A stretch of DNA of 57,926 nucleotides, the filler included, from Basidiobolus ranarum (taxonomy: Eukaryota): NCBI GenBank assembly GCA_040143965.1. It is 6 parts of 6 records of this genome, joined end to end, with 100 filler letters (N's around TTAATTAATTAA, not from the genome) between each part and the next. Parts side by side here need not be neighbours in the genome. Positions count along the whole stretch, not along the records: positions 19,358 to 28,929 come from JASJQH010007682.1; positions 29,030 to 38,596 come from JASJQH010007683.1; 4 more parts are not named here. One strand, 5' to 3'. The notes under the pieces were generated by a model. That model ran no database searches. It was given only the letters and a program-made list of their open reading frames with translations, and was not told where the DNA came from. Positions within the stretch are counted from its first letter, which is position 1, and the number at the start of each line of letters is the position of its first letter. Shown here piece after piece: positions 24,250 to 35,645 of the stretch. The position numbers were made by a program, and so were the translations under genes.

Positions 24250-27200
24250 TCTATCATCAAGGTTTATTCCCCAGTTTGCATCACTATATCCTTCAAATTT
24301 TGTGCATCAGGAGTGGCAGAATATTCCAGAACTAAATCTGGAGTTCCTTGCAAATACCTAAACACTTGTTTGACTGCATTTTTGTGCTCAGATCCTGGAG
24401 TTTTGAGATAGTGACTGATAGTTCCCACTTCCACTATAATTTCTGAATGTGTTCCAACCATTGTATATATTAAATACCTGCCATGAACTGTTAAGGCTAC
24501 TCCAGGCCTTGATTTGAGTCATTTTGGGCAAATTGGATAAAATGTTTATTAATTTCACATTAGGATCCATTGGTGCTGATACAGGCCTGCCATTCTCCAA
24601 GTTGAAGTGATGTTTTAGGGCAACATATCCATCTGGTAGCTCCATATCTCTTCTTCTGTATTTCCATTTGAAAAGGCTGTTTTACACCCATTTAATGTAA
24701 TTTATGGTCATGGATGGCTAATAGTGCCAGGATTGATCCAATGGAGCCAAACCTAGCTACTGAGCAAAAGTTTCATTAACATAAACTTCTGGAGTCTGGG
24801 AATTACCTTTTGCTGCTAATTTTGCTCAGAAGCTTTCTATGGCTTCATCAGCTTGGTGTTTGACTTTGCAACCCATTTTCAACCTATTGGCTTTCTCCCT
24901 GGTGGTAGAGGACTTATAACCCATGCTTTGTTGTCCTGTAGTGAAGCAAGTTCATCAGACATTGTTATTTCCCATAACATTGATTCTGGACACTTCAGAA
25001 CTCAATCTATATTCTGTGGCTTGTCTTAGAATGCTGCATAAGCATAAAATTGTCATTACAAGGGTTACACATGTTCCCCAGCTTATTTCTTGTGCTGGAT
25101 AATCTCTGTGCCCTGAACCATCCTCTGGTGTAATTGGGACTGAAATTCCGGATGAGTGGAGCTCAGATGCAGCTGGAACTTTGTCAGACACTTCCAAAAT
25201 AGTGCTGCTTTTTTGTTCTGGATCAAGGACTGTGATTTTAGGTGAAACTATGCCTGTTTCATCAAAATTATATTTCTGCACTTAATTCACTTCTACTTTT
25301 GGTATCAAACAGTTTGTAGGCCTTATATCCATCACGGCAACCATGAAATAAACATTTTCTGCTTTTGAATTCCAGTTTAGAGCCTTCTTGAGCTAGAATC
25401 AGGCAATATGCTGTAAAATCAAAGATCCTAGGAATATTGACACTTGGTTTTGATCCACATAGGGCTTCAAATGGAGTACAATCTTGTAGAAATTCTGTTG
25501 TGGATCTGTGCTTTGATATAGACTGCTGGGAAGACAGATTCAGCCCAATATTGGTAATCCAACTATTGATCATGTAACATTGATCTTGCCATCTCCACTG
25601 TAGTTGTATTAGCATGCTCTGCAACTCCATTTTGCTGTAGACTAAGAGGTACAGTAGTTTTTTGCTCAATTTCTAGTCAAGTCCAAAAACCAGCAAAGTC
25701 TTTAAAGCAGTATTCTCCACCATTATCCCACCTTGGTCCCCTTTCTTCTTGTGCTGATTCTTTCTCTATCATTGCTCTGTAGTGCTTGAACATAGCTAAA
25801 GCTTCAGATTTTGATTTCCAAAAGAAAACCTAGGTGTATCTTGTTTTGTCATCAATAAACATTGTAAAGTACCATTTGCTACCTGGTGAGACCTTTGCAT
25901 GGGCCCATATAAGTCCAAATGAATCAGGTCTAAATTCAAAGTGAATTTGATCTCTGCAGAACTTGCTACTGGTCTGTTATGTTTTCCATATATGCAACCT
26001 TCACACAGATCCAATTTAGTGATATATTGAATGTGCAAAGCTGAAAAAGCTGATTTTGGAGCATTAGGATCAATCTTTGTTCCCCAATGAGGCCTAATTT
26101 ACTTGACGTAATCTTCTATACCATGTTTGACAGCTTGTTTCACCGGTTTTGGCCAAGTTTGCATGCTTGGAATGCACTTTGTTGACTTCTAGCTTGTATT
26201 GATTTTGAGCTTTAATCTCAGCAGCAAATTGGATATTATTGTGCTGTGGGCTGGAGCATCAATCCTTGTTGAACACAAAACTTAGTCCTTGAGTTATTGC
26301 TTGGCTTACTGAGAGTAGATTCTTGGCTTTATTTGGTACAAAAAGTATATCATCCAATTTTGGAGATAATGTAGCTAAATTTTGTCCTAAATCAAGCACA
26401 ACCATGCCCTTACTAGCTGTATCTAGTGCATAAGCATCACTGAAGTACACTTTCCTTGTTTGGCTGGGTCTTAAGATGGAAAAATAGCCTGTCATGTTTG
26501 AAATATGTGGGAAGCTCCTGAATTTATGTACCATGATTCTAAGTCTTTTTTAGTGGTTACTGATAGGGAGACAGAAATAGAAGATCCCTATCAGTGCTTA
26601 CTTGATGTGCCTGTTCTGATTTCAGCTTTTTGTCAAAAATCTGATTTCACAATCTTTGATTAAATGGCCTGCTTTCTTGCAATACTTGCAGATGGTTCAT
26701 TTCCTATTAGGAGCACCATGATTGAATCCTATTGGATGCTGAACAGCTCCAAAAAAGACTCATATGCATTAATTTGATGAGAATTGTTTTTGGCTAATTG
26801 TATGTGCCTGAATTGAGAATCTCTGAGATGTAGACAAAATGTAGAGAGTGCTTTCCTCTGCTTCTTGTGAAAGGCAAGGATAGCTTCTGGTGGTCCCTTT
26901 GGCTCTATTTCTTCTCCTGTAATATTTCCACCAAAGTCTTTGTTGTCTAGCACCACTTACATCTTCATGTTCCGAACATGAAAGTCTTTACTATCAAACT
27001 TTTCTGTGGATGCAACAACACTTGTAATAGTACTATTAGATACTTCTTTAACAGCTAGCTTGGGGCTCTTAACCTGATAAAACTGTTGAGGGGATTTGGA
27101 ATTCTTTTGGACAAGATTTGGGTATATGAATTTGACACCTAAGTTTTGTTGAATTGAATATGAGTATATCTAGTTTATTATCAAGTAGAACTATTGGACA

Positions 27201-27424
27201 AGCTTAGATCATAACACACATGCCTGTTAAGCATGTGTGAAGATTAGAGGTGACTTGGAGAAGCTTTGATAAAATAATGAAAATTTGTCAAAGTGATCTA
27301 ACTAATATATCTCTCAGTTAGGGTTATAAGCATACATTTTGGATTGTCAGAATTGAGTGCTAACTAAGCTGAATATGAATAAACCACTACTACATATTGA
27401 GTTGCTATTTCCCTGATTTCAACA
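24244..27424 (-). mobile_element. Copia element D (same family as C): 5' LTR 27075-27424, PBS 27062-27074, internally deleted gag/pol, ends at the start of RNase H
   Basis: LTR family Y on the minus strand; GGTTAAGAGCCCC PBS; CEGCIYGK, LIHLDLYGP, TPFEAL, YKAYKLFD; GYSDANWG...DDRRS. Deletions remove part of gag and the RT YxDD region. Confidence 0.93.
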
Positions 27425-28260
27425 GTTTCATTGTGCTCCTGGTCTTTTGCATTATTTGAACACATTGGCAGCAACAAAACCCACTCCATGGATTTGAAGT
27501 ACCTCCATAATTTGGCCAATTTTGTTCAAGTGCTGATTTGATAGCATTTCCTGGAAAGCTGCAAGCACTACTACTTGGTGATATATATCTGGATCAACAG
27601 TTTTATTGGATCAAGCAAGGGGTAATTTATTGAAGCAATGATGTTTGTATTTGTGGCCTGATATAAGCAAATTGCAAGCTGGGGGCAATTTGGATGATTT
27701 CTTTATAGAAATTTGCAAATTCCAAAAGCTCATTCGCATTATCTGTCCTAAGAAGAGTGACCTATGTGCCATGTGTCAGTGCTATCCTATATTCTACATG
27801 TTCAGCAATTTTCCACCATTTGTTTGCTGGCATAGGTTATAGATGTTGTTGAGTCATGTTTCATCAGTCAGGTACAAACCTATGTAGAGACTACATAACA
27901 CAATATTTTTGTATTGTCCATTGATGATTATGTGCTGCTAGAGGGCAATTCTACCGCAGATTAAATCAATTTAATTTTTGCCAGGCCATTGTCACAAGCC
28001 AGACATGCTGCCAAGAGTTGCTGCTCAAAGAAAGCTGATATGTAATATAAGATAATGCAAGCTAACAATGTTGAAACCAAGAAGGACTTTTATGTGTTTT
28101 TGCTATTGCTACAAGTGCTGACTTAGATTGTTGATATATTGACTCCAGTGCATCAGTGCATATTACTCATCAGCAAGACTAGTTTAGTAGCAACAAGTCA
28201 ACATCATTCACAAATGTCAAGTTACCTGATAATTAGACTTGTTCCATAAGACCAGGTCAG
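27425..28260 (+). mobile_element. Highly decayed copia gag/protease remnant
   Basis: YIDSSASVHIT protease-like motif at about 28135-28167; CpG-depleted; no open frame. Confidence 0.5.
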
Positions 28261-28929
28261 ATTGTGCCACTCAATCCAGCCTGCTAGTACACCATCTGGT
28301 GCGATCTGTCAATTACCATGGCTGGGTCCTATAACACTTGATTGGGCACTATAAGGAACAATATGGCACCATCCCACCACAATCGGACATGGTGATTTTA
28401 TTAGAGATATTGTGCCAGCCTGTACCAAGTTACCCAATTTAGTATTGACAAATTACAATTTTGGGTAACTGACAAAGAAAGTTCATCCCCTAGTTTATAA
28501 CTTATGAATTACTGAATGTGTAACAATAAACAATTTATACTGTAACTTACCCAATCAAATGTGTAACCAAGACATTCACATGCTTTTAGGCCAAACATTT
28601 GTGCCTCACTAACACAGTATCCTGATTTCAATTGGGCACAACAACTCCTGCATTACAAAACACTAGTAGTTTTGGCACACTGGTGACAAATCACAGCACT
28701 CAATGATGGATCAATCTGCAGTATGACAGTAGTGATCAGGATCGCTTGATTCATCATTTTTAGATCAGCAAATTATTTATTCAATCATATAAGCTTCTAA
28801 TTGGGTGAAAATGTGAACGGATTGAGCCATATTGAGCCAATATGGCTGCTCAAGCTTTTTATTGACAGACATTTTTCATTTGATTGTAGTGAAATTGCTT
28901 GTATTAATAGGCTATCATTGATTTTTTTG

Positions 28930-29029
28930 NNNNNNNNNNNNNNNNNNNNNNNNNNNNNNNNNNNNNNNNNNNNTTAATTAATTAANNNNNNNNNNNNNNN
29001 NNNNNNNNNNNNNNNNNNNNNNNNNNNNN
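28930..29029. other. Artificial contig spacer
   Basis: N run with TTAATTAATTAA. Confidence 0.99.
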
Positions 29030-29082
29030 ATGTATCATAGCTAAAGTTAACTAAGATGTTGAACAAAGATTAATAATCCAAC

Positions 29083-29185
29083 AGTTTGTTTGCATGTTGG
29101 CAAAACTATATATGTCAGCTTTCTACTCAATAAATCAATAAGTGAAAACCACCAATTTCTCTAATTCTCCAAACCACTTCCAACA
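29083..29185 (+). mobile_element. 3' part of an LTR family X copy
   Basis: CAAAACTATATATGTCAGCTTTCTACTCAATAAATCAATAAGTGAAAACCACC...TTCCAACA matches about 35180-35280. Confidence 0.75.
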
Positions 29186-30581
29186 GGCTCCCAAATACTT
29201 TAACAGCTTTAATCTGGCTGGTAACTAACACTCATATTGCAAGGAAATAAAAAAAGGGAAATTCATTGAATGATTGTTATGTATTATACTGCTCATCATC
29301 TTGTATACTTCCATGAATTCCCACATCAATACAATATCCAACTTTAAAGTTGAATACTTCCTCCGTGTTGTCAGCTTCATCAGTCTCAAAAAATCCTGTG
29401 GGACTGCATTTTTTTCCATACTTCAAGAACACATGTATGGATGACATGCAAATAGACATAAGTAATTTGTTGCACCCATTGGACTAATTTCCATTGGTAA
29501 ATCAAGTACTTGGGCAATTTACTGATTGTGGATTTCAGGTCGTGTCAATATTATAAGTTATAACCATCTTTGATGTAAATGTCAGAGTTAGGTACTTTAT
29601 AGGCCCCACTCTTAACAGTATTGCCTACTGTGTGCTATATACATTTACAGTACCATCATGGTATGCCTAGTTGATCTTACTTCTCTTATTTGCAATGTAG
29701 CATACAAATCCAAAGTAAAGTTTGATACTATCACTTTTTCATTTCTTAGCAGTATTCATATATATTCTCACCCAAATGCTTTAGTTTAAATTACAACCAT
29801 AGTGCTTACCCATGTCTTAAAGTATGTGGGGGTATTACAAGCAAGTATACTTTAGCAGTGACAAATAAAACTCAGTCAAGGATTTTAGTCCCATAATTGA
29901 GCCTTTGTACTACAAAACTAACACTGTGCACTTGGGTTCTTAACAAGGTTTTCATACTGGTAGAGACTTGCTTAACTGTGTTCATATATCACTTAATATG
30001 TATGGCATTGATTGACTGCCTAAATTGTTGCAAATCTCTGGGACTTAGATGCTAACACTGCTGATCAATTTTCATTTTTGCTAAACTCTATAGAGTTTTA
30101 TCCACATTGAGCACCATAGTTTACTACCAACTCACTGCAACTAACATCATTGTCCTGGGGAGCAATACTTTGACACCTACATTGTAGCTATGGTTCTGTT
30201 CTATAGCTATGGTTATGTAGCTGATGTAGCAATAAACCAGTTTGGCCAGCAGCGATGGCAAATCTTACTCTTGAGCCATACGCATTACTACCTTAGAGTT
30301 GGCTTACAGTGTTTACCACTATATTCCATGGTCGAACACTCATTACTTCTACGACAGTTAAAACTAGCAGCTACTGGAGTTATTTGGAGTAGTTCGAGAG
30401 CAGCTGCAGACGAAATGGATATAGGAGTAGCCAAGTTAGCTAAAGAGTAGACCCCCTATGAAGAAAATGAAGCTGTGTAGGGAAAGGCGGACTATGAGAA
30501 CTTCGAAGCACCTATATAAGTGTACACCTTCGAGATACATAACCCACACCGGATCAGTTCTTGATTATTATACTCTTGACC

Positions 30582-31108
30582 ATGCAGTTTCTTTCCGAGT
30601 CACTTTTTGTCACTCTTCTTAGCTTACTTTCTTCCAAGATACTGTAATAACTAAGAGAGTGAAGATGACTTACTACAGTCTTACCAATGAGAAGGACCAC
30701 TCAGGATCCAAAGTTGTGAATATCAAGATACGTTCGCGAAAATACATCGCCAAGGTTTCTAGATCATTCGCTGAAGCTGCTCCCATGGAGGGAACTGCCC
30801 GCTTGAATAATAAAAAGGTAATCAACCTTCAATGCAGTTGTGGCAATGGATTCAACAGCTTCTTGGGTCTTGATACTAAGAGATATCCTTTCGGCCTAGG
30901 CTCAAAGAGCAATGCTCTCAAACCTTTCGTCGGTATTTCTGTTAACGACATTCCATTAGGAAGCACATTTGTCGTCAAGCAGCTTCAAGGGCTCAAGTTG
31001 CCTAAAGGTCGCACTCACAAAGTTTGCCACGAAGCCTTGCTACATTCTCCTCCTATACATGGTTGTCATGCTATTACTTCTGAAATTGCTTTCATCCTTA
31101 AGCTGTAG
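30582..31108 (+). pseudogene. Secreted 3D-domain-like (MltA C-terminal/DPBB-type) protein; frameshifted and C-terminally truncated
   Basis: Signal-like MQFLSESLFVTLLSLL is out of frame with KMTYY...MEGTARL...VINL...LDTKRYPFGLG...LKPF...NDIPLGS...LQGLKLPKGRTH; the expected GC..xD catalytic end is absent. Family recognised by eye. Confidence 0.55.
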
Positions 31109-31189
31109 TACTTTGGTAAATCAAGTAACAGGGTATTTTTATTAATATGAAAATACTTTAAAAAAATGTTACCAATATATTGAAACAAG

Positions 31190-31738
31190 TTACAAGTTGA
31201 TTTGGATTAGCCCAGATAAGCATACTTCCGCATCCACCTGTATTCCGAGAACTCTAAGGTGGGCTCTAACAGTACTACAAGTTAAAAGGGACTTCTGATC
31301 GCTGAAGCTTCCTAGTGATACAATATTGGCCATAACTTCTTTCTGCTTTTCGTCTCTGCTGGCCTTGAAGGGGTAGATCACTAGAAGCCTATCTAAGCAA
31401 ATAATAGCCTCCGCTCGAAGACCCTCAGAAACTAGAGCTGTCTTGATGTTTGGACAGCTAGTAGAAGATGTATCTACAGGCTTAAATTCGCCATTAGTTG
31501 GTTCAGTATTCCCAGCTGTTTGCTTCATGTCTGGTTGCTCATCCAATGCAGTGTCAGGCGCGCTGATACCCTCAAACTCCTCGTCGAGTTTTAACTTCTT
31601 ACTAAGATATTCATCTTCTCCATACGTTTGCTCATCACGAGATAGGGAAGGTTTGGTGTATATCTTGCGGTTTCCAACATCATTATGTTCGGGATTATGC
31701 TCGACAATTGCTTTTGCTTGACAACTACTTATGCACAA
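31190..31738 (-). pseudogene. 182-codon ORF without ATG start, unknown product; probable gene fragment
   Basis: Protein-like composition with NLS-like KKLKL; no start codon in frame. Confidence 0.3.
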
Positions 31739-32002
31739 ACAAATATCCTATCACCGCCGAGCGAAGATTATCGTTCTGCAGTAGACATTCTTCTAAGGTC
31801 TACTTTAGGACATGACTGGAAGTGGTATCATTACTTAGACTATTGCACAGATTTGTAATGTGCATACTTTTATTAAACTAGGAAACCCGTGGGCAAGGGT
31901 AAAAAGTGCATTGGATCTACCCTCATAAAGATTATTGATTTTCATTGTTAGCATTAAGATTAATCAAAATTAACCGATGAATAATCTAGACATGGAATTT
32001 AT

Positions 32003-33841
32003 TTAAGGCTCTTGCTTTTGTTCTATGTATTGTACATCCTTCATCCGCGATTGGGCCAACTCTTCATCGATCTTATCGTAATGGCCAAAATAATACCAGA
32101 AGAGCACTCCAGTTACTGCATTTATAATACCAAATGCTCCATATGTCCAAACCTCTTGAGATACCGCGGATAATGCTAAATCAATTGCAGTGGCTACAGC
32201 ACTAGGCAGTAGAGACAGAGCAGCAACCAATGCTTTCATGGATTGAGGAGTTCTTGTGTAGCAATATTCCAATGGTGTTACAATAACCAAAACTAGATGT
32301 TTGTTAGTTTGAAATGCGGGATATTAATCTTGTGATAGGTACTTACTCTCCGATAACGCCATCAAGAAGTATGTTGGAAGTTGCCACCACACGGATACTT
32401 GCGGTAATCCGTGAATATGGTGACTGACGATCTGGTGTTGTACCAAAGCTGACGACATCATTGCCAAGGCACCAAGAATAAATCCCACCACGATACGCCT
32501 CATGGGGCGAAATATGATGTGGTGACGCTCAAGCATTGGATACACAACATACATTAGAACTGGAACCAGAACGATGACGAAGAAGGAATTGAAGTTGAAC
32601 ATAATATCATTTGGGATTCCAGTTGGTCTATCCATTGAAGATGCTTGAGATACTAAACTGGATGTCACCTGATTACTACCTAATGACCATACAACGGTGG
32701 GAACAAGAACTTTGAAGAGTGGTGTAAGTTGACAAACGAGTTAAACAGAAGAGATATCCATACTTACTTGAACAGGCTCTTAAGGTCTCCTTTGCGTTTT
32801 CTACGAATTCATCGTCCCATGTTTTCATTGAGTTGTCGGTCTCGGGGGGAACACCCAACGGTGAAGCATCTTTAGAGCAATCCAAAATATACTTAGGCTT
32901 AGGATCTGAACGCTTGTAACGTCCATAACCATATTTGAAGCATCTATACAATTTAACCACAGCAGAATCTCCAGATGGAGGCACTTTGTGGTATCTTCCA
33001 CGGCAGAGAAAAAACATTGTAGTCGAAACAATGGTGAGAACTGCTGGAAACAAAAAGCAAAGCCAGAACCCAACTCGATCCTCAATCTGGGGTGATATGA
33101 CACCTCCGATAAGTGAGCCCAGTTGCATAACTCCCATAAACCAATGATATACCTGTCTAGCATTAATTTCAGGATCAATGACAACCATCTCCCCTTTGAT
33201 TTGCTTGATTTTCATGGTATCCAGTTGAAATTGGTCTGCTGCCATCGGTTGCACAAAGCTCTTGATTCCGCCCGATCCACATGCTAGAGAACATTAATAA
33301 AAGGCTGGAGCACAAGAATATGAAAATCTACCCACCAATGATGAAGATGGAGACAATATATCCGGGGAGTCCCGCACCTGCCGCCAACGCGGATGGGATC
33401 GAGGTCAATGTCAGCAGAGTCCATCCAAAGCCAAACACACAACAACAAAAAAGAATAGTTTTATATTTTCCCCAATACTGATCACATATGATTCCCAAGA
33501 ATAAGGGCCAAATATAGCACATAAAAGCAAAGACCTGCTTCAACGCGTAAGCAGTGGTGTGACCTTTTCCAAGAGCGCCAGCTTGGTTCTTCAGATTGGG
33601 AGGAAACCTTACATAGTTTATGAAAGTGATTACGCCACCACGAAAAGCAAACCGCTCACAGAATTCAACTTGACTTTCCTTTAGTATTTGTTCAATTAAA
33701 CAACTTCTGTTTAGTTAATCACTTACTAAATATAACGATCCAAGAGGCCATAGGTATTCGATCACTAGTTCTACGGAGGTTTGTAATGTCTACCCCTTGT
33801 ATTTCTGATACTCTCTCTTTCCCGACTGATTTTGGCTCCAT
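32003..33841 (-). CDS. PTR2: POT/PTR family di/tripeptide transporter (5 exons)
   Basis: VEFCERFAFRG, QAGALGKG, GIICDQYWGKYKTI, GSGGIKS...AADQF, GFWLCF, SVWWQLPTYFL, LEYCYTRTPQSMKA. Confidence 0.93.
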
Positions 33842-34970
33842 TTTATTGTTTCCTTGATGTATTTCTAGAAAGTTAACACATCGGCACCGCATCAGTAGGA
33901 AATGAGTCGATTAAATAGGCATCGACCAGCAAGGTACACTTAGCAAGGTACACCACCATCCCCTGAATAAAACATCACTTCTTTTCTTTTCCTTCTTGTC
34001 ACACGAATTCGCATCTATCACTCAATTCGATCTAGATAATCGCCTAATATTTGAATGTTAACTGCTTATATTTATGATCACATACAACTACTTAAAAAGG
34101 ATATTTCTCACACAAGTATACAATCATTCTTTAAATGGATGTAATTATGAGGTAACTCATCTAGAGATTGCAAGTCATATTTATATGTAGTGGTAAGGAT
34201 AACCCTAAGGATAGCCAAGAAAGAATGTTTATATAGTGTATCTTCTAAATGCTAACCCTAACTATAGGAATGCTAACTCTAACCATAGGGAAGTGTGTGC
34301 TTATTAGAGATTAACCATGATTTATATATCGTGCATGTAAATTAAGGTTAGGATTTTTCATTATAAATCTCATCAAATAGCACATCATTTTGATGCGAAA
34401 ACATCCTCATGATTCTTAGTTGTATATGGAGTGTATTCTTTTTCGAGTTTAACAATAATCAAATGTATGTCCAACAAATCAAATCTCCCCCAAAGAGTCA
34501 AGATTTATGTGTCATCCTTGTTATGCTAATCTTTTCTGTATCGGTCCAATTCCAATTGATTTCAACGTCAAATTGTGAACAAGGGAATCATCGTGTTCAT
34601 TGACAAAGTATATCAAAGATCCCGGCTCCCAACTTTGATATTGTAGAGTTGAGTGGCAGTGAATGTTCTATTGGGAGACCAGAAGTTGTTATTATAGACA
34701 TTCCCATTTCTTCAAAATACTTACAACACTATTATATGCCATGAGTGAAATAAACTTGTCTTTTTTGCCTCTTGTTCATTGATCTAGACTTTACTTTTGC
34801 TAACCTTAAGTACATTATGAAAATTTTAAGGGAAAGTATTACTTCCAAAGCTGGTTTCAAAGCATTAATTGCTGCATAACAGCATTTTCTCCATGGAGTT
34901 GTAACAGTTGTCAATATCTATGCATTTTTTGTAGTAGATTTTAATAATATGGTTAACTCACGTTTAGTTC

Positions 34971-35280
34971 TGCTGAAATTAGCATTGCTAAACACCTACA
35001 TAGTAATTTATAGCTTGGTATTTAGTTATCCTATATTTCACTAAGATATTACCCATTATTCTCATGAGGAATTTACTTCAAAGTTTGAAGATATATAGAT
35101 TTTGATAACTTGTGTGTTAGAAGCCCCAGAATTTGCACACATGTTCCTGGGACCTTTCTTAACACATTGTATACGTTGGTCTGTCTACATCTTGACAAAA
35201 CTGTAAATGTCAATTTTCTACTCAATAAATCAATGAGTGAAAACCACTAACTCGTCTAGTTCGAAAAACCATTTCCAACA
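34971..35280 (+). mobile_element. Full-length solo LTR, family X (310 bp)
   Basis: TG(CTG)...CAACA termini; flanks AGTTC/AACTC (degraded TSD); no PBS downstream. Confidence 0.8.
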
Positions 35281-35645
35281 AACTCCTATAATACTTCAGC
35301 AATATCAACAATTGATAGAATCTGTTTGGAACATTATATCAATACATTCAATTGCATACAACATTACCGTGGTAGATATGACACTTTGCTCAAGCATGGC
35401 ATGGGAGCTTCCATTCTTAATATTTAATAGTGAAGTGGAGTATTAAAATGCGTTCACATCTCATATTGTAAACTCAACGGATCACTTTATCTCGAGAAGT
35501 GTTGTTTAATGCTTAACTTTGTACATTGTTATATTTGAAATATTTACTATCAATACATAGGCTATTATCTACCAGTCTCAACAATAACAGTGCTATCCTC
35601 AAGATCAGCCCAATTACCATGTGACCCCATATTCTATCAGCTTAG

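Noticed and set aside
28300..28900. Possible Ty3/gypsy integrase remnant on the minus strand (CxxC, GMNF..LP-like)
   Set aside because: Too degraded to support as a feature.
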